Positions 40,164 through 48,424 of a stretch of DNA of 64,000 nt are shown here, piece by piece. How positions within the stretch are numbered: the first letter of the stretch is position 1; each line of letters opens with the position of its first letter. The stretch covers positions 384,001 to 448,000 of the forward strand of contig CBDBKE010000003.1 of NCBI GenBank assembly GCA_965206645.1, written 5' to 3'. The notes under the pieces were generated by a model. That model saw nothing but the letters and a program-made list of their open reading frames with translations. It searched no databases and was not told the origin of the DNA. Position numbers and translations under genes: made by a program. Source of the DNA: Terriglobia bacterium (lineage in GTDB: Bacteria > Acidobacteriota > Terriglobia > JAJPHL01 > JAPKYU01).

Positions 40164-41070
40164 TTACATCGCAGCCTGGGGCTGGGGCAAAACGCCACCG
40201 ACAACGCGACGTGAAACTGGTTTCAGTGGCAGGGGAGGGCTATAGGCCCCCGGCGCCGGGGGCCTATAGGCGAGCGCCGAGTGCGGCCGCACCGTGTTGT
40301 ATTGCACCCTCCACTGTTCAATCACCACCTGTGCCTCCTTCAACGAGTAGAAGATCTCTCCATTCAGGCATTCGTCCCGCAGCTTCCCATTGAAACTCTC
40401 GCAGTACCCGTTCTCCCAGGGACTGCCCGGTTCGATGTACAGTGTCCCGGTCCCTAGATTTGCCAACCACTGGCGCAGTTGTTTGGCGATGAACTCGGGA
40501 CCATTGTCGGATCGAATCTGTTCCGGTATCCCTCGCCACAACATCACGTCCGACAACGCCTCAATGATTTGTTGGCTGCCCATCCTCCGCTCCACCCGGA
40601 TCGCCAGGCATTCCCGCGTGTACTCATCCAGCAAGGTCAGCAGCCGCAGCGTTCTCCCCTCGTGCGTTCTGGCACTCATGAAGTCGTAGCTCCACACGTG
40701 GTTCGGTCGCTCCGGCCTCAGTCGGCCTCAGTCGTACACAGGAACCGTCGTTCAGCCACAGCCGTCCTCGCGGCCTTTGTTTTTGCGGCACTTTCAGCCC
40801 TTCCCGCCGCCAAATCCGCTGCACCCGGTCCTTGCCCACTTCCCAGCCCGCACTCCGCAGCAACGCTGTGATCCTCCGGTAGCCATATCGCCCGCACTTC
40901 GCTCCCAGGGCAATGATCGCTCGGGTCAGAGCATCCTCGTCCACCCGATGAATCGGCTCGTATCGTTGTGTCCCTCGCCATTGCCCCAGCAGCCGGCAGG
41001 CATGCCGTTCCGACAACCCGTGTTGCTCCCACGCACGCTCCACCGCACAACGCCGCCGCTCAGGGCTCAG
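40164..41070 (-). pseudogene. IS3 OrfB, frameshifted
   Basis: cggcctcagt duplicated at 40713-40732. Confidence 0.85.
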
Positions 41071-41345
41071 AAGTTTCCCTGTGCCACATCCCGCAGCACC
41101 TGCTTCTCCAGAGAAAGCTCCGCTACCAACCGCTTCAGCCGCGTGTTTTCCTTCCCCAACTCCTTTAGCCGTTTTGCCTGCACCACCTTCAGCCCGCCGT
41201 ATTCCTTCCGCCACCGGTAGTAGGTTTGGGTGTGGATTCCAGCTTCTTTGCAGGCTTGGGGCGCAGTCTTCCCGTTCCCCATCTGCACTTCTATCTGCCG
41301 TAGCACCGCTACAATCTGCTCCGGCTTGTAACTCCTTGTCGGCAT
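41067..41345 (-). CDS. IS3 transposase OrfA
   Basis: Near identical to 35378..35656. Confidence 0.9.
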   Translation of the reverse strand: MPTRSYKPEQIVAVLRQIEVQMGNGKTAPQACKEAGIHTQTYYRWRKEYGGLKVVQAKRLKELGKENTRLKRLVAELSLEKQVLRDVAQGNF

Positions 41346-41412
41346 GACCTCACTTCCTCCTCAAGTGGATTCTCTCTCTTTCCACTTGGTACAAAAAGTG
41401 CCGGTCAGGTCA

Positions 41413-41734
41413 GGGGCTCGGCCCTTGGCTTTTCCCGAGCCACAATAACCCAAGCACGCACCAAAAGACTCTGAAGACAGTCTGGCACGCCGTTTTGCGA
41501 AGGGCCAAGGTCCCTTACTTCCGCATCTACGATCTGCGCTCGACGTACGCGACACGGTTGAGCGCCGGCGGAGTGGCGGACGAGTGGGTTACGCAGCTTC
41601 TCCGTCAAGGAGACGCGAAAGTGTTCAAGAAATATTCGCAAATGAAGCTGCAAATGAAGCGTGAGGCTTTACAAAAGCTGAACCGGATGGCAAACGAGGC
41701 CAACCGGAGTTTTGTCACGGAGCGACCAAATTGA
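41413..41734 (+). pseudogene. Tyrosine integrase C-terminal remnant, truncated by IS3
   Basis: FRIYDLRSTYATRL..GG.......LLR......KKY. Confidence 0.8.
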
Positions 41735-41760
41735 GGGGTTTTGTCACGGTTTTGTCACGG
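41710..41760 (+). repeat. Three TTTTGTCACGG direct repeats (putative integrase arm sites)
   Basis: Exact 11-mers at 41710, 41739 and 41750. Confidence 0.7.
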
Positions 41761-41846
41761 TCAAGGGGTATTTGGCCCTCTCTGGGGACGTTCTGGAGTT
41801 TTTCGAAATTCGGAAGTGGTTTAGAATCAATAGAGCGATTTCAGTC

Positions 41847-41886
41847 GGGCGGTTAGCTCAGTTGGTCAGAGCGCCTGCCTTACAAG
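41847..41886 (+). pseudogene. tRNA-Val(TAC) 5' half (att-like fragment)
   Basis: gggcggttagctcagttggtcagagcgcctgccttacaag with no T arm or 3' acceptor strand after it. Confidence 0.85.
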
Positions 41887-42345
41887 TGGCTACCTCTCCT
41901 CTTCTCCTTTCACTCTCTCCCTTCTTTTCCATAGCTTTACACTCATTCAGGGACTCTGCTTTCGCTCAGCACATAACCCTTTTTGGCTGTTTGACTTGCA
42001 TTTCTGACACATTTTTGGCACAGCAGGAAGTTCATGAGAGCGACTGCCGTGGACAGATGCTCTGTTTGAAGATCGCCTCCGAGGGAGATTGCTATTCCCA
42101 CTCATGGGCCGAGGCGCTCGTCTGCGATTACCAGTTGGCGCATGCCTCGAGCACAAATGCGTCCTGCCCTCTTCAGCTGGACCGGCACGGCCAGTCCGGA
42201 AATATCTGGATACAACCTGCAAACTGAGCGAGATACCAAATTGGGTCGTGCCACATTCGCACTTCGGAAAATGCCACACACACTCCTTTGTCAGTGTGGC
42301 AATCTGGTTGACCCCCTCCTTGACCCCGGCAACTCTTAACCAATA

Positions 42346-42420
42346 AAATCGGGGCTTCGACGCCTTACAACTTCCGCGGCAAGAAGCCGACTCCCTACGG
42401 CGGCTTGCTGCCGGTGGTCG
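42346..42420 (+). pseudogene. Short relic of a different IS1380-type transposase N-terminus
   Basis: Translates KIGASTPYNFRGKKPTPYGGLLPV. Confidence 0.45.
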
Positions 42421-42765
42421 GGAGGGCGCTGATCTGAGAGCCTAGCTATGCGCTATGCATGAAATTTTACGCACTAGCCGTAACGCACTAGAAACACGTC
42501 ACTTCCGAGCGAGGTTTTGACGACGCGGATTCTGGGCGGGAAGGGAAACCGGGGACGGAATAGCCAAAAGACCAGTTGCCGAGCTACCACCTCACGACGA
42601 CCGCCAACCCGCTACGAACGCAGCCACACTCGCAAAGTGAATCTGTGCATAATTCAGGTATCAAACTTGTGCCGTCGCGCTGCGTTGAACTTATGTGGCA
42701 TTTGGACTACCCCCAGCGTTGAAAACCAATGATAAGACATTCTTCGGGATGATCCATGCAACAAG

Positions 42766-42945
42766 GTCCACTATAATGCGCGCCTCGAAGGTCGCAACTT
42801 CGCACCCGACAAGGAGCTTGCCTATGCGCTTGTGGTTAGCGTACAGGCGAAGAAGATTTCCGATCTCTACGACACCATCGTCCGCAAATTCGCGCCCCTG
42901 ATTGAACCGCTGCGGCCGGTTGTCGAAATTCCCATCACGATCTGA
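42766..42945 (+). pseudogene. C-terminal relic resembling S8 (IetS-like) peptidase tails
   Basis: VHYNARLEGRNFAPDKELAYALVVSVQAKKISDLYDTIVRKFAPLIEPLRPVVEIPITI*. Confidence 0.45.
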
Positions 42946-42967
42946 TCGTTCAGATAGCGGTACATGA

Positions 42968-43546
42968 CTAGAACCCAACAAAGATGCCGATGCTGGACTC
43001 GAGAACATTCAGAGTATGACCCTCGACACCGCGTATAGAGTACATGCGCACATCGAAGCGAAGGCCGACAGGCGCCATCACCTCCAGATTCAACCCGCCC
43101 CCATAGTTAAAACTGAACTTCGTCCCGAAGCTGGAAGACCCGCTGCCTCCCGCACGAACGAGACCCCCACCGGCTGTCGCGTAAGGCCGGAATATGGGTG
43201 CGGGCAATTCCGCCCGCAGATTCGTACTGAAGAGAAAGGCATTGCCGTCGCTGTCAATGAAATTCGGACTGTACGCGACGGTGTGCTCCAATCCCAGTGT
43301 CGCCGCAGAACGATGCAGCCGCACTCCGAAGATTCCAAAGTCCTTGGGGTCAATCTGGAAGCCTGAAAGATCGTCCGGGGAGTTTATAGACGGCACTCCG
43401 ATGGCCCCGCCCACCCCGCCCACTCCTGAACTCAGAGTGAGGGTGCCCGGGTGCTGGAAGCCTCCAAAGACTGTAAAGTCCTGAGCATGGAGCGTACCTG
43501 TGAACCCCGTCCACGCCACAATCAGAAATCCGAGGAAATATCTCAT
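42968..43546 (-). CDS. Outer membrane beta-barrel protein
   Basis: Signal peptide; PYATAGGG, FNYGGG, GLRFDVR; C-terminal Phe. Confidence 0.85.
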   Translation of the reverse strand: MRYFLGFLIVAWTGFTGTLHAQDFTVFGGFQHPGTLTLSSGVGGVGGAIGVPSINSPDDLSGFQIDPKDFGIFGVRLHRSAATLGLEHTVAYSPNFIDSDGNAFLFSTNLRAELPAPIFRPYATAGGGLVRAGGSGSSSFGTKFSFNYGGGLNLEVMAPVGLRFDVRMYSIRGVEGHTLNVLESSIGIFVGF

Positions 43547-43755
43547 CTGACAATTATAATCAATCCACGTCGCCGTCCAACCGCCGCTTGAGGTCTTCCG
43601 TACTTTGCCCGCCGGGGTCAGGCAGGGGTCTCACCTGTTTTGGTACAGCGTCCCGGTGCGGCACTCATCTCCAGCCTGCACTACTTGGTTCAGCAGCGCG
43701 ACGTACTTGCGGGCGCAGCCGAGCAGCGCGTGGTGGTTGAGGGTAAGTCGCGGTG

Positions 43756-43960
43756 TCACGAGTTCACCTCCTCACTCGCAACGGCCTTGCGGGCCCGCTT
43801 CTTGCGCATCGATTCGCCTTGCAGCTCGCTACAGCGGGCGTTGTGTACCAGGCGGTCGAGAATGCTGTCGGCCAGCGTGGGATCGCCGATCTGGATATGC
43901 CACTTGGCCACCGGCAACTGGCTGGTCAGAATGGTCGAGCGTCTCTGATAACGGTCGTCG
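43756..43960 (-). pseudogene. IS21 IstB ATPase C-terminal remnant
   Basis: RSTILTSQLPVAKWH..IGDPTLADSILDRLVHNA...L.GESMRK. Confidence 0.85.
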
Positions 43961-44061
43961 ACGCGAACGTAGATCCCGACGCGAAGCGCTTTTGCCCCCT
44001 GTCCGAAAACCCCCTTGTGATCGGTGGTCGGAACACACCGTGTTTTCAGGGGTTTGGGCAT
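43961..44061 (-). pseudogene. Serine recombinase N-terminal remnant
   Basis: RVGIYVRV resembles the catalytic Y.RVS strand. Confidence 0.45.
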
Positions 44062-44149
44062 GCGATACAGGTATGTCCGGAAACTATAGTTTACTCACAT
44101 AGGGACCGCAACGCCCTAGGAAGGCGTCCAGTTGAGGCATGCCCCAACT

Positions 44150-44215
44150 GGACGGAGCAAGAAGGCAGTGCCTACAACTGGTACGTTGAGTCGATCTGCT
44201 ACCCCCCCCGCTTGA
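44150..44215 (+). pseudogene. IS1380 transposase relic
   Basis: QEGSAYNWYVESICYP versus QEQSAYNGHFESSCYHP in the full copies. Confidence 0.55.
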
Positions 44216-44264
44216 TCTGGTCAATGATCACGATGCTGTAGAGGTGGTCGTGGTCACTCCGTGA

Positions 44265-45330
44265 CTATTCCCTTGGATGTGCGTGAACGGCTGGCCCTCG
44301 GTAGCCAATCCTTCGGATAATGCTGCCAATTTTCGGAAGCAGCACCTCTGGCTCAACGGCTCGTGCGAGGAGGTGGGCGACCAGAACCCGCAGGAGTTCA
44401 CCGAAAAGCAAATGTACATCCGATAGGGCGTGTTCGTTCGGACGCCACGGCGTGGGAAACTGGTCTTCGCATACGACTACGATGGGAGGCTGATCGCTCC
44501 GAGTTACATCCGTGGACTCGGCGACGGCGAACCCTTTCGGCATATCGCCGAGTTTCAGGCGTTCCGATCCTGGTTGAGCCTCAAGCACTTTCCTGCTAGC
44601 CACGTTGATGATGGCTTCTTGGCGCGGTATGCGCTCGGCGTCCAGCAAACGTTGTCGGATGATCCGGTCGAGACCCGACAGGAGAAGCGCAAGAACAGTG
44701 GTTGTGATGGCCGTTCTTGGGCTGTCGTCCAGTTGCACGAGTGAGATGACGACGCCGTCAGCGATCTCTAGTCGAAGCGTCCAGTGCCCGGACCCATCAG
44801 GCTGAGGTTTGAAGTAGATACGGGCTTCCGCCGCCGCGAGCCGTTCCGCGATATCAGCAACATCGTCGAGTGTCAGTAAATTGCCGGACTGCGCCATCAG
44901 AATGGCCGCCGCGGCTGCTAGCCTCGCGGGCATTGGCGACGTAGACCCTCGAGGGAATAGGATATCTGTTGCCTGGAGAATAATCCTACGCTCGACCAAA
45001 GGCGGGACGTCTGCAAGCAGATCGGCCATCGAGAGCGCGACGATAGGCAATAGGCGATCCATCCGTGTGATGGTATCGGCCATTCTTGGAAGAGTGCGGT
45101 ACAGCGCGTCGAGAGGTTCGATGCTCTCGTCGACGGCCTTCAAGTCTGGGACGAACACATCCTTCAATAGCCGGATCTTGAGACCAATCTTCTTCGATGT
45201 TGCACACAGATGCAACGCGTCACCGATCAGCGACACAAAGAAAGATCCGCCTGGCCGGAACGCTGAAATCGCTGCCGCTGCATCCGTATAAGCCCTGATT
45301 GCCGTTTCGATGTCATGTTGACCCTTCAGA
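44265..45330 (-). pseudogene. 3' fragment of a large hypothetical protein
   Basis: Long open frame with protein-like composition only below about 45330; no credible start. Confidence 0.6.
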
Positions 45331-46133
45331 GTGAAAGGCCTGCCGAGGCGTGGGCCCGTGTCGAGCAGCGCGCCGTCGAGCTGTTGCGCCAGAACCGCAT
45401 CGCCGAAGCTCGGACCTTGCTGGAGGCCGTTGTGGAGGAACAGCCCGGGAACGCGCGCGCCCAAGCCTACCTGGCGGCCGCCGAACTGCAGTCCGGTGAG
45501 GTCGAGAAAGCGATCAACCGTGCGAGCCGGCTCCTGAAGGCCGATCCGGACAACGCCGACCTGCACGAGCTGCTTGCTCAGGCGCACATGCTGAATCAGG
45601 ACTGGGCCCGGGCTGAGAAGCAGTGGCGCGCCGTGCTCCGCGAGCGCCCGAATTCGGAAGAGGCGCGCTTCCAACTGGCCAAGGCCCTGCTGCAGCGCGG
45701 GCGCTTTCCAGAAGGCTTGCAGGAGGTGACGCGCGCCGTGGAGATCAACCCGCGGCGGAGCAACGCGCGGGCCTTGCGCGGCAACCTGCTGGCCCGAGTG
45801 GGGCGAACCGTAGAGGCGGCCAGGGAATGGCGGCTGGCGCTGGCTAGCGATCCCAACAACCCGGCTGCGCTGGCCGGGCTGGCCGTCTATTTGCGCGAGC
45901 GCGAGCCGGACGTGGCGCTCGAATACGCTCGCCGTGCGGTCGAGCTCAATAACTGGGAGTCGGTTGGGTCGATCCGCATCCTGGTGCTGGTGCACCGGAC
46001 GCGCGGGGAACATGAGCGCGCACGGGAGGTGTTACGCAAAGGGCTGCGAAAACTCTCCGACAACCCTGTCCTGGCTTCGGAATTACGCGGGCTGAACAAA
46101 CCAGCCCCGAAAAAGCCTGCGTCACCCCAGTGA
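45315..46133 (+). CDS. TPR-repeat protein (possibly 5'-truncated)
   Basis: Tandem TPR units (A....P.N..A...LA). Confidence 0.85.
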   Translation: MLTLQSERPAEAWARVEQRAVELLRQNRIAEARTLLEAVVEEQPGNARAQAYLAAAELQSGEVEKAINRASRLLKADPDNADLHELLAQAHMLNQDWARAEKQWRAVLRERPNSEEARFQLAKALLQRGRFPEGLQEVTRAVEINPRRSNARALRGNLLARVGRTVEAAREWRLALASDPNNPAALAGLAVYLREREPDVALEYARRAVELNNWESVGSIRILVLVHRTRGEHERAREVLRKGLRKLSDNPVLASELRGLNKPAPKKPASPQ

Positions 46134-46696
46134 CTGCCCGCCCCACCAAGAAGTCTGTCATTCGCCAGTACCTGCAGCAAGCGCGTCCGGCCCGCATCGG
46201 AACGGAGGAAGCTTTGGCTATCCGGCGCGAGCTGGCGTGGGTGCTGGGCCCGCAGGCGCGTATCTCCCAAGAGTACCTGCTGGACCTGCTCGCCGAGATG
46301 GGCGCCGGCGTGGACGCTGAACTGGGAGGGATCTCCCGAGAAGTCCTAGGGCTGCTGCACTTCGAGACGCTGGAAGCCGCCGAAACCACCCTGCGCACGC
46401 TCGATGAGCGCTACCGGAACTGCCGCAGCCGAAATGAACGCGCCCTCGCCGAGGAGTGCCGCCGCGGCGCCATTCGGCTGCGCCGCCGTGCCGCCCTGAT
46501 CGCCCGCAACCGCAAGGTGGCGGCGGACAAGCGCGCGGAGAAAGAAGAGATCGCCCAGTGGTTCACCATTTGGCTCCAGACCCCGGAGCTGTTCTTCGAC
46601 TGGCTCGCTCTGCGCAAACAATCCGAGGATTTCAGCAACCGTTTCGGTCCGCCACTCTCCGACCATCCAGTCTCCGACCCTATGGATCGGGGGTGA
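46130..46696 (+). CDS. Conserved hypothetical protein
   Basis: Start overlaps the TPR stop (GTGA); EKEEIAQWF.IWLQTPELFFDWL.LRK. Confidence 0.75.
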   Translation: MTARPTKKSVIRQYLQQARPARIGTEEALAIRRELAWVLGPQARISQEYLLDLLAEMGAGVDAELGGISREVLGLLHFETLEAAETTLRTLDERYRNCRSRNERALAEECRRGAIRLRRRAALIARNRKVAADKRAEKEEIAQWFTIWLQTPELFFDWLALRKQSEDFSNRFGPPLSDHPVSDPMDRG

Positions 46697-46721
46697 CCGT
46701 TATGGCTGCCGTAGTGGGTTA

Positions 46722-46865
46722 TTCCTCCCTCCGCTCGCCTAGCTGGATCATCAGGAACCGCTGGCTGTCGGGCGCGGAGTCCAAGCGGCACGAGATACCG
46801 CAGTCGGGCGGCTTCAGCCTGCTTTGCGGTCTTCCGCTCCGTTCTTAGTGTGCCTGGGTTGGGAA
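46722..46865 (-). ncRNA. Candidate structured RNA, possibly a 5'-truncated 6S RNA
   Basis: Nested pairings (aacc/ggtt, gcggag/ctccgt, accgca/tgcggt) around a central bubble; no credible ORF. Confidence 0.35.
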
Positions 46866-46979
46866 CACAATCAGCTTCGTCGGTGTCTTTAAACACGGAT
46901 TCTCAGGATGAGTTACTCGAAGTGGGGGGCGATGGATATTCAGTGCATCTACCCGAAGGCGAGCAAATCCATTAACTCT

Positions 46980-48208
46980 TGCCAGCTCAACCGGTCGATG
47001 CAACACAAGCGTTAAATCGTTCTGCCGGAGTTTCAAACTCCAGCGTCTGACGGGGCCGTTCGTTCAGCTGACGTGCCACCTTGTTCAGATGCGCCTGAGA
47101 GTGCACCGACAAGTCCGTTCCCTTGGGGAAGTACTGTCGGAGTAGACCGTTGGTGTTCTCATTCGAACCGCGCTGCCATGGACTCTGAGGATCACAGAAG
47201 TATACGTCAATGTCGGTCGCCAACGTGAACCGTCGATGCTCGGCGAGCTCCAGGCCTCGATCCCAAGTCAGAGATTTGTACAGTTCCGTCGGCAGCTTCT
47301 TCGCGTGCTTGATGAGCGCCGACACGACCGTCTCCGTTTTCTTGCTGGATACTTTCGTAAGCATCACGTAGCGCGTATGACGTTCGACCAGAGTCGCAAT
47401 GTGGCTGTTCTTCGATCCGGACAGCAGATCGCCTTCCCAATGACCGGGCACGGCACGATCTTCGACCGAGGCCGGGCGCTCACGGATCGATACGATGTCG
47501 GTGATCTGTCCTCGTCCATGGCCTCTCAGACTTGCATGTCGGGATCGACGAATCGTCCGCTTTGACCGCAGATGCTGCATCAGCTCTGCCTTCAGCGCAC
47601 CGCGGGCTTGAACAAACAGGCTGCGGTAGATGGTCTCGTGAGACACGTGATAGGACGGATCCTTCGGATAGGCTCGTTTCAGCCAGCTGGCGATCTGCTC
47701 AGGCGACCAGTTTATGCTGAGCTTTCTGGCCACTACCCGTCGTAGTTGTGGATGCTTGACCAGCTGACACCGCTTCGGCCGGCGGGCCCTCTCCCCGGCT
47801 TGCTCATCGGCCTCCGCTGCTCGATAGTCATTATCGCCGCCATTCCGCCGAATCTCCCGGCTCACCGTCGATGGTGAGCGACCCAGCAACCCGGCGATGG
47901 ATCGTATCGATTGATGTGCCGCAATGCCTCGAGAGATCTCTTCGCGCTCCGACAACGTCAGTGCCCAACATGAACGGCGTGGTGGCCGAGGACGGATGCC
48001 TCCGTACGGAGCAAGCTGATGGTAAACAGACGATGGCTGCTTACAAAACACTCGTCCAATCGACTTGAGCGACTCCCCTCGTTTCCACCGATCCCACACC
48101 TCCTCCAGTTCCGCCAGCGTGTAACCGCGACGAGCTCTTTGCTTCATCCGCATACACTCCACCTCCTCCTTTCAAGGCAAAGTGTTGCGTCGATGGGTTG
48201 AGACCACC
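46980..48208 (-). mobile_element. IS30 family element
   Basis: About 27-bp IRs (ctcaacc..tcga.gcaacac); 2-bp CT flanks. Confidence 0.88.
46987..48147 (-). CDS. IS30 family transposase
   Basis: WSPEQI, VSHETIY, GHWEGDL, SLTWDRG, PWQRGSNENTNGLLRQYFPKG. Confidence 0.95.
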   Translation of the reverse strand: MKQRARRGYTLAELEEVWDRWKRGESLKSIGRVFCKQPSSVYHQLAPYGGIRPRPPRRSCWALTLSEREEISRGIAAHQSIRSIAGLLGRSPSTVSREIRRNGGDNDYRAAEADEQAGERARRPKRCQLVKHPQLRRVVARKLSINWSPEQIASWLKRAYPKDPSYHVSHETIYRSLFVQARGALKAELMQHLRSKRTIRRSRHASLRGHGRGQITDIVSIRERPASVEDRAVPGHWEGDLLSGSKNSHIATLVERHTRYVMLTKVSSKKTETVVSALIKHAKKLPTELYKSLTWDRGLELAEHRRFTLATDIDVYFCDPQSPWQRGSNENTNGLLRQYFPKGTDLSVHSQAHLNKVARQLNERPRQTLEFETPAERFNACVASTG

Positions 48209-48283
48209 CTGATTAACGTTCGGTATGATCCATTCGATGGCCGGTGCGGTTGCGGGATCGGGTAGGGCAGGCCGCATGATGTA

Positions 48284-48424
48284 TCACGGTAAATGATCAG
48301 CCTGGAAATATTTGGGTCGCAACTGGCACAGATTACAAACCCGAAGAACGAAGCGATCCACGACTGGATGCCTCAACTCTTCCAGCAGGTAGAGCGCCAA
48401 GCTGGGTCGTCAGGGATCGAAGCC
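48284..48424 (-). pseudogene. Degenerate cas1-like fragment
   Basis: [39 protein letters not shown]. Confidence 0.6.

Larger units (their letters stand above)
40126..41412 (-). mobile_element. IS3 copy 2 (no IS1182; 10-bp duplication and 27-bp insertion)
   Basis: Same IRs and ORFs as copy 1. Confidence 0.93.

Noticed and set aside
40185-40211. Cas1-mediated off-target spacer integration as the source of the 27-nt insert
   Set aside because: No repeat-length target duplication flanks it, and the only cas1-like sequence in the window is a dead relic.
45330-46013. N-terminal part of the 582-aa minus-strand ORF
   Set aside because: Antisense shadow of the TPR gene, with composition typical of GC-rich shadow frames.
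46745-46760. Hammerhead ribozyme (CTGATGA on the minus strand)
   Set aside because: No GAAA core element or stem III in the required arrangement.
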